Position numbers and translations under genes: made by a program. Positions 1-7,514 of a stretch of DNA of 22,884 nt are shown here, in pieces. Every line of letters begins with the position of its first letter. Position 1 is the stretch's first letter. Origin of the DNA: a bacterium (GTDB lineage Bacteria; Sysuimicrobiota; Sysuimicrobiia; Sysuimicrobiales; Humicultoraceae); NCBI GenBank assembly GCA_041497675.1, contig JBGQGY010000052.1:1-22884 (forward strand), in the 5' to 3' direction. The notes below the pieces were generated by a model, which was given only the letters and a program-made list of their open reading frames with translations, was not told the DNA's origin and did not search any database.

Positions 1-702
1 CGAGAACCCGTTGATCACGATCGTACGCTCGCGCATGCCCGACAAGCCCGCGATCGAGTGATGCCGCGCCCCATCGTAGAGCGTGCGCTCGTAGATCTCG
101 TCGCTGATCACGATCAGATTCCGGCGCCGGGCGACATCGGCAAGCGCCTCCAGCGCGTTCGCGTCGAGCACCGCCCCCGTCGGGTTGTTGGGCGTAACAA
201 CGATCAGCGCTTTGGCGCGCGGCGAAATGCGGCGCTCGACCTCGTTGGCCTGCAGGACAAATCCGTCGGCCTCGCGCGCAGGAACGAACACCGGCGTGCC
301 GCCGGCCAGCGTCACCAGTTTGGGCACCGCATGAAAATAGGGATCCGCCATGAGGACCTCGTCGCCCGGTCCCACCAGGGCGGTCAGCGCGATGTAGAGA
401 GCCTCCTCGGCGCCCACCGTCACGATGACCTCATCGGGGCTGTAGTCGAGCCCGTTTTCGCGCTTCAGCTTCTCGGCAATCGCCACGCGCAGCTCGCGCA
501 GGCCCTGCCAGTGCGTGTATCGCGTGCGACCGGCATCCAGCGCGTCATGCGCGGCCCGAATCACGTGCGGCGGCGGCAGGTCGGGGTCGCCGACGCTCAG
601 GCTGACGACGTCACCCGGCGGGATCACCAGATAGGCGTCGGTCCCGCGGGCGGATTTCTGCCCGCGTAAACGGTCGGTCAGCCGTGCCGTGAGGTCACTC
701 AT
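1..702 (-). CDS. PLP-dependent aminotransferase class I/II (aspartate aminotransferase-like), 3' end outside window
   Basis: Not in the ORF track; manual translation from ATG at 702 gives MSDLTARL...SLSVGDPDLPPP...RYTHWQGLRELR...VTVGAEEA...TPNNPTGAV...ISDEIYE...VINGFS, ending just before the expected PLP lysine. GAAGG RBS upstream. Confidence 0.93.
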   Translation of the reverse strand, partial: MSDLTARLTDRLRGQKSARGTDAYLVIPPGDVVSLSVGDPDLPPPHVIRAAHDALDAGRTRYTHWQGLRELRVAIAEKLKRENGLDYSPDEVIVTVGAEEALYIALTALVGPGDEVLMADPYFHAVPKLVTLAGGTPVFVPAREADGFVLQANEVERRISPRAKALIVVTPNNPTGAVLDANALEALADVARRRNLIVISDEIYERTLYDGARHHSIAGLSGMRERTIVINGFS

Positions 703-766
703 CGACCTTCGGCGATTTCGATGCCCGCCAGGGCATCCCTCCCAATTCGACGAACATGCCCGCACA

Positions 767-1693
767 ATGAAAATTGCGGTTATCGGCGGCGGGCCCGGTG
801 GGTTCTTCTTCGCGGTCTTGATGAAGCGGGCCGATCCCTCGCATGACATCACCGTCTTCGAGCGCAACGCGCCGGGAGCCACATTTGGGTTCGGCGTGGT
901 CTTCCCCGAGCGCTCGATGCAGTATCTGCGCGACGCCGACCCGCATGTACACGCCGCGTTCGTGCAAACCATGATCCACTGGGACGCGCTCGAGTACCGG
1001 CACCGGGGCCGCATCCTCCGGTGCGGCGGGCACGTCTTCTCAGGGATCGCCCGCATGGATCTCCTGCGGATCTTACAGACACAGGCAGGTCGGCTCGGTG
1101 TGAATCTATGCTTTCACCAAGAGATCGCTAGTCTCTCCAACATATCTGGATACGATCTCATCGTGGCGGCCGACGGCATCCACAGCCTGGCCCGCCGCGA
1201 ACTGGCGGACCGGTTCCGTCCCTCAACCGATGTCGGAAAAAGCGAATACATCTGGCTCGGAATTTCCCCAACCGTATCGTGGCCACCCAATCCCCGTTTG
1301 ACGGTGCCGGCCTGATCATTACCGATCCCGGTGCCCCGATCTTCCTGCAACGGTCGTTCCTCGCGGCATGTGGCTGCAGCTGCCCAACGCCGCCCAGAAG
1401 CCCCTCGACAACATTGAGCTGTCAAACACGGCGGTGCTCCTGTTGGATGGCATCGCCGCCGCCAATCTCGACCTCGTCGAATCTGCCCGCGCGGCGTGGC
1501 CGCCCGCGACCCTGAACGCGCACGCGAGGCGCACGCGCACGCGAGCGATCTGATCCGCAACCTGACGGGAGTGCCGACGATGCTGCTTGGCGGCGACTAC
1601 AACGTGGGTGACGTCAACGCGTTGATCCTGGCCGGTCGGGCCGATCTCTGCGAGTGGCCGCGTCTGGCCTGGTCGGGGTGGCGACCTCACTAA
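767..1693 (+). pseudogene. Eroded bifunctional salicylyl-CoA 5-hydroxylase / 2-aminobenzoyl-CoA monooxygenase-reductase (FAD monooxygenase + OYE domain) remnant
   Basis: 767-1261 reads MKIAVIGGGPGG...FERN...TFGFGVVF...DLIVAADGIHS...YIWLG and stops at 1315. OYE-domain relics follow in three other segments/frames: FPNRIV...GAGLIIT (1264+), RAAWPP (about 1490), and SDLIRNLTGVPTM...VNALILAGRADLC (to 1693). Confidence 0.8.
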
Positions 1694-2888
1694 AATCCGC
1701 CCGCTCCGCCGCGAGTGCCACCGCTGCGCCGGCGACCAGCGCCCAGAACGGTGCGGCGATCCGAAAGAGCACGAGCCCGGAGACGGTCACCAGAAATGCC
1801 GCGAGCGCCCCCAAGCGGAAACGCCCGCCGAACGCCTGCTGGAAGAACTGCGTCATGGGAGGCAACAGCGCCAGACCCCCGAGGACATCGACCAGCGCGC
1901 GCGGCACGATGCGCGTGATCGCCGTGGCAGCCGGCGCGAGCAGCCCGGTGGCAATCCATACGACCCCCAAGACGACACTGGCCGCGTAGCGACCCTGCGG
2001 CGGTCCCGACGCGGGCCCCGAGACGATCGCGGTGGACGGACCCGCCAGACACGCCGAGTGGCCCCCCGCCACCGCGGACACCACCGACCCGAGCCCCGCC
2101 GCCACCGTGAGCCCACTGACCGGCGGGCGATACCCGGCCGCCCAGAGCGCCGCGAACCCCTGGACGTTCTGCACGGCGATGACCATCAGCACCAGGGGGA
2201 TCACGAGTTCCACCGAGGCCGTGACCGAAAACGCGGGCACAACCACGTGAGGGCGCGCCAGCGTGAACGTCATGGCACTCCAGTCGGCCTGGCCGAGCAC
2301 GGTGACCGTCACCAGTCCCGCTACCAGCGCCGTCAGCACCGGTGGAACGCGCCGCAGACCCGGCACTGCCGACGTTGCGAAGAACGCCGCCACCGTCACG
2401 CCGCACAGCAGCGGCGCCTGCTGCAGACCCCTCGGGATTGCAAGCACGAAGGGCAACAGCACGCCCGCCACCATGCCCATCATGATCGGGATGGGCAACC
2501 GCGCGGTCGCGCGGCCGATAAGACCGGTCGCCCCCAGCAACAGCACCGCCGCGCCGGTGAGCCAGTAGGTGCCGACCACCTGATCGAAGGGCAGGTGCGC
2601 CAGGGCCGCGCCCACGAGCACAACGCCCGGGATCGTGTACGCGCCGACGATCGGCAGTCGGTAGCGCAGGCTGAGGACGATGCTCAACACGCCGCCGACG
2701 ACGCTAACCGACAGGATCCACGACACCGCCGCGGCCTCGGGAAGATTCGCCTGCCGGGCCGCCGACAACGTGATCAGCAACGGGCTGATATTCCACAAGC
2801 CGGCAACCGCGGCGCTGGCAACCCCGCCGGCAGTGAGCACGCGCGGAAGGTCGCGGAGGTTGCGAAGGAAGCCGGGATTGTGCGCCAT
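1614..2888 (-). CDS. benE: Benzoate/H+ symporter BenE family transporter
   Basis: About 424 aa, multi-TM; SWILS..LSLRYRLPIVGAYTIPG, MGMVAGVLLPF, QNVQGFAAL..AGYRPP, FLVTVSG...IAAPFWAL. ATG at 2888 overlaps the upstream TGA (GTG at 2891 is an alternative start). Confidence 0.85.
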   Translation of the reverse strand: MAHNPGFLRNLRDLPRVLTAGGVASAAVAGLWNISPLLITLSAARQANLPEAAAVSWILSVSVVGGVLSIVLSLRYRLPIVGAYTIPGVVLVGAALAHLPFDQVVGTYWLTGAAVLLLGATGLIGRATARLPIPIMMGMVAGVLLPFVLAIPRGLQQAPLLCGVTVAAFFATSAVPGLRRVPPVLTALVAGLVTVTVLGQADWSAMTFTLARPHVVVPAFSVTASVELVIPLVLMVIAVQNVQGFAALWAAGYRPPVSGLTVAAGLGSVVSAVAGGHSACLAGPSTAIVSGPASGPPQGRYAASVVLGVVWIATGLLAPAATAITRIVPRALVDVLGGLALLPPMTQFFQQAFGGRFRLGALAAFLVTVSGLVLFRIAAPFWALVAGAAVALAAERADFSEVATPTRPDAATRRDRPDRPGSTR

Positions 2889-3616
2889 CACAGGATGACG
2901 CTCGCCATGCCCAGCACGCCCACCAGTGCAAGATACGCGAGCACAACCGTGTCAAAGGCCTGTGGGGCGAGTCGTCCTCCCAGATACGAGCCGGTCACGA
3001 ATCCCAGCAAGACTCCCGGTGTCAACTTCCAGGCGAGTGCCATCGTTGAAGGTGAAACCGCGCCGCCGGCCGCCATGACTACGATGCTCGCCAAGGTGGC
3101 CAGGAAGACGAACGCCACCATGTTGGCGCGAAATCGGTCCTTTGGGCAACCGCGTGCAATCAGGTAGAGCACCACCGGCGGGCCGTTGAGACTCGTGCTT
3201 GTGGAGAGAAAGCCGCTCACCGCTCCCACAGTGACCACGTCGAGGCGCCCGGCCGACCGACGGGGACGCACACGGAACAACATCAGCGCCGCAAACAGCG
3301 TGGTCAGCCCGGCGACGAGCGCCTTCAGCGCGCGTGCGTCGGCGTGCTGCAGCAGCAGAAGTCCCCCCGGCATCCCGACCACACTGGCAAGACACATCGG
3401 ACGCATCAGCGTCCAGTCGATCGCCCGACGGAGGTCGGCGTGCAGCAACAGGGCGCCACTGGCAAGCAATCCGAGCAGGAGGGTCAGGACCACCACATCC
3501 CGCGGAGGGTACAGGAACGTCAGCAACGGGGTACTCAGCAGGTTGAATCCAAACCCGGTTGCCGCCGTCCCCATTGCAGATAACAGCACAATGAGAAGGG
3601 CGAGGTACTCTTGCAC
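2888..3616 (-). CDS. Sulfite exporter TauE/SafE (TSUP) family membrane protein
   Basis: 242 aa hydrophobic protein; TGFGFNLLSTPLL and GAVSGFL..STSLNGPPVVLYL internal repeat motifs. Confidence 0.88.
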   Translation of the reverse strand: MQEYLALLIVLLSAMGTAATGFGFNLLSTPLLTFLYPPRDVVVLTLLLGLLASGALLLHADLRRAIDWTLMRPMCLASVVGMPGGLLLLQHADARALKALVAGLTTLFAALMLFRVRPRRSAGRLDVVTVGAVSGFLSTSTSLNGPPVVLYLIARGCPKDRFRANMVAFVFLATLASIVVMAAGGAVSPSTMALAWKLTPGVLLGFVTGSYLGGRLAPQAFDTVVLAYLALVGVLGMASVIL

Positions 3617-3628
3617 TACATGATACCG

Positions 3629-4405
3629 TCAGGCCAACTTGTTGAACTGCGGCTTGCGCTTCTCGACGAAGGCTTTCACGCCCTCGTGTCCGTCGGGGCT
3701 GCGAAACAGACTCTCCAGCATCTCGCGCTCGATGCGTAGCGCGTCGTCTAGCGGGCGGTCGCGCCCCTGTTGCACCGCGAGCTTGATCGCGCCGATGGCG
3801 CTCGCCGCGCCGTCGACGAGCCCCTGTACGTAGGCGCGCGTCTGCGTCTCGAGTTGATCGGCTGGGAACAACCGGTCCAGAATGCCCATCGCGAAGGCGT
3901 CCTTCGGCGACAGGCGCCGTCCCGTCACCATCAGGTCCAGCGCGCGGTTCCACCCGATCAGTCGAGGCAGCCGCTGCGTGCCGCCGTTGCCGGGCAGCAG
4001 CCCGAGCGTCACCTCGGGCACGCCGAGATAATATTCGCCTTCGGCCCCGAAGCGAAGGTCGCAGGCGAGCGCGATCTCGAGTCCGCCCCCGAGGGCGTGC
4101 CCACGAATCTGCGCAACAAACACTTTGGGGATCCCCGCAATCCGGCCCAACGTTTGGTGCGCCAGCCGGCACATCGCCATGTTTTGATCGGCCGAGTTCT
4201 CGCTGAACGCCTTGATGTCCGCGCCCCCACAAAAGAACCGGTCGAGGGCGCTGCGCACGATCACAGCCCTGGCAGCGCCGTCGGCAGCCGCCGCATTGAT
4301 GGCCGTCTGTAACTCGTCCATGAACCCGTAATCATAACTGTTCGCAGGTGGGCGGTTGAGCGTAATGAGTCCAATCGCGTCCTCACGTGCGTACTCGACC
4401 GGCAT
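3629..4405 (-). CDS. Enoyl-CoA hydratase/isomerase (crotonase) family protein, BoxC N-domain-like; candidate ring-cleaving epoxide/oxepin-CoA hydrolase
   Basis: LNRPPANSYD, FCGGADI, GHALGGGLEIALACDLR, PEVTLGLLPGNGGTQRLPR, EGVKAFVEKRKP. Both crotonase Glu residues present. GGAGG RBS. Confidence 0.92.
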   Translation of the reverse strand: MPVEYAREDAIGLITLNRPPANSYDYGFMDELQTAINAAAADGAARAVIVRSALDRFFCGGADIKAFSENSADQNMAMCRLAHQTLGRIAGIPKVFVAQIRGHALGGGLEIALACDLRFGAEGEYYLGVPEVTLGLLPGNGGTQRLPRLIGWNRALDLMVTGRRLSPKDAFAMGILDRLFPADQLETQTRAYVQGLVDGAASAIGAIKLAVQQGRDRPLDDALRIEREMLESLFRSPDGHEGVKAFVEKRKPQFNKLA

Positions 4406-4414
4406 GGCAGCCTC

Positions 4415-5866
4415 CTACTCTAGATCTCCGACCACAACCGACTTCGGCTCCACGTAGTAGTCCATCGCCTCGGGCCCGTGCTCGCGCCCGATCCCCGACG
4501 CTTTGACGCCTCCAAAAGGCAGTTCATCATACCCGTAGTGGATCTGGTTCACCCAGGTCATCCCGGCCTCCAGATCCTGCGCGGCCTTGTAGATCCATCG
4601 GACATTGTATGTCCAAATCGACGATCCCAGACCGTAGATCGAATCGTTGGCCATCGCAATCGCGTCGTCTATCCCCTTCACCTTGAAGACCGGCAGCAGC
4701 GGGCCAAACGTCTCTTCCTTGACGGCGCGGCTGTCGTGCGGCGCCCCCTCGATCACCGTCGGGGTGAAGAAGAAGCCGCGATGGCGTCCCTCGGGCACGC
4801 GGCCGCCGTAAGCGATGCGCGCGCCGCGGCCGACGGCGTCCTGGATCTGGTCGATGATCTCCTGGCGCTGCCCCGCGGAATGGATCGGCCCCACGCGGAT
4901 CTTGGGCCGCTCGGCCTTCACCCAGCCTTCGCCAGGTTCGTACCGCGCCACGCCGGCCAGCAGTTTTTCCATGAACTTATCGTAGACGTCCTCGAACACA
5001 TATAACCGTTTACATGCGAGACATGCTTGCCCCATATTCCAGAACCGCCCAATGAGCACGCCGCGCACCGCCTTGTCCAAATCCGCATCGGAACAGACGA
5101 TGGTCGGATCGGACCCGCCCAGCTCGAGGGTGATGCGTTTGAACTGCGGGCCGGCCACCTCCATGATCCGGCGACCGGTGCCGCTTTCACCCGTGAAGGC
5201 GACACGGCGCACGTCTGGATGCGCCGCCAGCGCCTCGCCGACCACGCGGCCAGGCCCCGTGATCACGTTGAGCACGCCCGGCGGCAGACCGCCTTCATTG
5301 AGCAGGGCGATCACCCGCAGCGTCGCCAGCGGCGTGGTGCTCGCGGGTTTCACGACAACGGTGTTTCCTGCCGAGAGCGCCGGACCGATCTTCGTGCCCA
5401 TCAGCGTCAGCGGGAAGTTCCACGGGACGATTGCCGCGCACACGCCGATCGGCCGAGGGATGACCATTCCATAGGCCTTGCCCAATGAGGACGGTAGTGC
5501 AGTATACGCGCCGCGCATCTTGCTGGCCAGTTCGGTGTAAAACTCCACGCCGTGGACGAAGTGGTTGATCTCGCCCAGCGCTTCGTGCATGGGCTTGCCC
5601 TGCTCGCGCACGAGCAGATCGGCGACCTCCTGCACCGCCGCACGTACTTTCGCCAGACCCTCGCGGATCTTGTGCGCGCGCTCTTCGGCGTCGGTCTTCG
5701 CCCAACCGGGAAACGCCTTGCGCGCGGCTGCCACCGCGGCGTCGACGTCCTCGGGCCCGGCCTTTGGCACCGAATCGACCACTTCTTCGGTCGCCGGATT
5801 GATGACGGGCATCTGCGCGCCCGACTTCGCCGCGACCGCCTCGCCGTTGATCAACTGCATCGCCAT
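4415..5866 (-). CDS. NAD(P)-dependent aldehyde dehydrogenase (candidate ring-cleavage semialdehyde-CoA dehydrogenase)
   Basis: PWNFP, KPASTTP, FTGE..TG, LELGG, GQAC catalytic Cys, EETFGP, PFGGVKASGIGRE. GGAGG RBS. Confidence 0.95.
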   Translation of the reverse strand: MAMQLINGEAVAAKSGAQMPVINPATEEVVDSVPKAGPEDVDAAVAAARKAFPGWAKTDAEERAHKIREGLAKVRAAVQEVADLLVREQGKPMHEALGEINHFVHGVEFYTELASKMRGAYTALPSSLGKAYGMVIPRPIGVCAAIVPWNFPLTLMGTKIGPALSAGNTVVVKPASTTPLATLRVIALLNEGGLPPGVLNVITGPGRVVGEALAAHPDVRRVAFTGESGTGRRIMEVAGPQFKRITLELGGSDPTIVCSDADLDKAVRGVLIGRFWNMGQACLACKRLYVFEDVYDKFMEKLLAGVARYEPGEGWVKAERPKIRVGPIHSAGQRQEIIDQIQDAVGRGARIAYGGRVPEGRHRGFFFTPTVIEGAPHDSRAVKEETFGPLLPVFKVKGIDDAIAMANDSIYGLGSSIWTYNVRWIYKAAQDLEAGMTWVNQIHYGYDELPFGGVKASGIGREHGPEAMDYYVEPKSVVVGDLE

Positions 5867-5879
5867 GATGTCCCCTCCG

Positions 5880-6065
5880 CTATTTCCGTATCCGCTCGAA
5901 CGGGCTCTTGCAGGCCAGACACATATACTGTTCGGACATCAACTGCGCCCCAAAGGCCGCGATACGCTCCACGCGCGCAGACCCGCACCAGGGGCACAGG
6001 AGGACGTCTCTGTCCCCGCTTACGCGGTCGTCGCGGCGTCCAGGCGGCGTTGGAGTTGATTCCAT
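5880..6065 (-). CDS. Stand-alone PaaD C-terminal zinc-ribbon protein
   Basis: CPWCGS...FGAQLMSEQYMCLACKSPFERIRK resembles the PaaD C-terminus (CPxCxS..FG..YxCxxCxEPFxxxK). Start uncertain (ATG 6065 or GTG 6074, both within the paaC 3' end). Confidence 0.78.
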   Translation of the reverse strand: MESTPTPPGRRDDRVSGDRDVLLCPWCGSARVERIAAFGAQLMSEQYMCLACKSPFERIRK

Positions 6066-6796
6066 CGATCCCACGGCAGGTCGTCATACTCCCAGGCGCC
6101 GGCTTCTAAGTTCCACCGCACCGGGAGCCTCACGCCGACTTCCAGCAGCAGGGGCGCCACGCGCACCAGATACCGCTGTCGAAGGTCTTCATTGGCCCGG
6201 CTCAAGATGCCCTCGGCAACGAGCGCCTCGACGCCAGCTTCCCCGGGAGGCCCAAACCAACACAGCATCTCCGGCAGCACTTCATCCACACGTCGCTGGA
6301 GCGCCGAGGCCCCCTGCGGCGTGGCGACGATGCGGCGGGTCAGGCTCTCGGCATAGCCCATGTGCGAGCGCTCTTCTTCCAGCGCGCGGCGGATGCGGCT
6401 CGCCAGCGACTCGAACCGCGCGTCGGCCAGCGCGTCGAACATGGTGTTCACGGCGGTGTCGATCAGCACGCAGGCCGCCACCACGTGGGACCAGCTTGGG
6501 AAGGGCCGATCGAGAAACACGGCGCTGTAGCGGCGCTCGCGGTCGCCCTCACGCTCGAGCGGCACCGGGTGGTTGGGCCAGGGCAGCTCTTCGAGCAACG
6601 GATAAATGGCGCGCGAGTGGCCGAGTTCTTCCTGCGCGATCGCGGCGCAGGCAACCGCGGCCTCGAGAAACGGCGCGCCCGGCGCCCACTCCGAGATCCG
6701 TCGTCCCAAGAAGTATTTGGTATCGGCCAGGACCACGATGAGATTGACCAGGGGCCCGAGCGCCCGCTCGTGCATCGAGACGGTGGCCTTGCTCAC
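6020..6796 (-). CDS. paaC: Aryl-CoA epoxidase structural subunit, PaaC-like (ferritin-like PaaA/PaaC family)
   Basis: LADTKYFLGRRISEWAPGAPFLE, QEELGHSR, EEERSH, WFG. GTG start overlaps the upstream TGA. Confidence 0.82.
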   Translation of the reverse strand: MSKATVSMHERALGPLVNLIVVLADTKYFLGRRISEWAPGAPFLEAAVACAAIAQEELGHSRAIYPLLEELPWPNHPVPLEREGDRERRYSAVFLDRPFPSWSHVVAACVLIDTAVNTMFDALADARFESLASRIRRALEEERSHMGYAESLTRRIVATPQGASALQRRVDEVLPEMLCWFGPPGEAGVEALVAEGILSRANEDLRQRYLVRVAPLLLEVGVRLPVRWNLEAGAWEYDDLPWDRWNQLQRRLDAATTA

Positions 6797-7005
6797 GGCT
6801 GCGGCTCGATGACCCAGTGGACCGACCCCGCCGGCGCCAGCACCATCTCCAGCCAGTCGCCGCCGAATCGCTGCGTGGCCAGCGCGGCCGGCTCCTCGCC
6901 CGAGCCAACCGCGATGATGCCCTGATAGGCCAACGATTCGGTGTAGGCCCGGCGGGCGAGCACCAGAAACCGGCGCGAACGTGGGTCCACGGCGGCGGGT
7001 CCCAT
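6793..7005 (-). CDS. Second PaaB-like small protein (70 aa)
   Basis: ATG at 7005 overlaps the upstream TGA. FLVLARRAYTESLAYQGII...WLEMVLAP...WVIEP aligns by eye with the adjacent PaaB-like YEVFAARAEGAEPVKNVGAV...WKEMFVIP...HVIRP. Confidence 0.65.
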   Translation of the reverse strand: MGPAAVDPRSRRFLVLARRAYTESLAYQGIIAVGSGEEPAALATQRFGGDWLEMVLAPAGSVHWVIEPQP

Positions 7006-7202
7006 CAGGCGGGCCGGATGACGTGGATCAGCGCGCTGCGGGGGATGACAAACATCTCTTTCCAGCGCCACTCATCGTAGAGTTTGTGCGCGAAGATCGC
7101 CGCCTCGCGCGAACTGCGGGCGCGGACCGCGCCCACGTTCTTGACCGGCTCCGCCCCTTCGGCCCGCGCCGCAAACACCTCATAGATCTCTTCGCCCTGC
7201 AC
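7005..7202 (-). CDS. paaB: PaaB-like small subunit of aryl-CoA epoxidase (65 aa)
   Basis: YEVF...VGAVRA...A...Y...FVIP pattern of PaaB. GTG start directly abuts the paaD TAA. Confidence 0.75.
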   Translation of the reverse strand: MQGEEIYEVFAARAEGAEPVKNVGAVRARSSREAAIFAHKLYDEWRWKEMFVIPRSALIHVIRPA

Positions 7203-7514
7203 TTAGACCACCCCGACCCCGCGTAGCTGTTTCCATCCCTCTGCGCTGATGTGCTCGCGAGTCCAGGGTTCCCACACGATCTCGATCACGACCCGCTCGA
7301 CGCCCGGCAGAGCGCGCAGACGCTCGCGGATGTCGTCCTGGATCATCTCCATGCACGGACAGCCCATCGACGTGTACGTCATGCGCACGCGTACTGTCGA
7401 GCCCTTAACCTCGACCCCGCGGATAAGTCCCAGATCAACGATGTTCACTGGATACTCGGGGTCGAGGATCTCATGCAGCGCTGCGTGGATGACGGCCTCG
7501 TCCAGGTCAGACAT
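7203..7514 (-). CDS. paaD: PaaD N-terminal domain / DUF59 (metal-sulfur cluster assembly factor)
   Basis: Start ATG at 7514 overlaps the paaA stop. LHEILDPEYPVNIVDLGLI, TYTSMGCPC, WEPWT motifs; 103 aa, lacks the zinc ribbon. Confidence 0.85.
   Translation of the reverse strand: MSDLDEAVIHAALHEILDPEYPVNIVDLGLIRGVEVKGSTVRVRMTYTSMGCPCMEMIQDDIRERLRALPGVERVVIEIVWEPWTREHISAEGWKQLRGVGVV

Noticed and set aside
58..669. 203-aa plus-strand ORF
   Set aside because: Antisense shadow of the minus-strand aminotransferase; no recognisable motifs.
1516..1545. 13-bp direct repeat ACGCGCACGCGAG (x2)
   Set aside because: Low-complexity GC sequence inside the pseudogene; no transposon ends or array.
4975..5045. 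Locally AT-richer patch around the ALDH catalytic Cys
   Set aside because: The reading frame and motifs are intact; too short to support an insertion or internal promoter.
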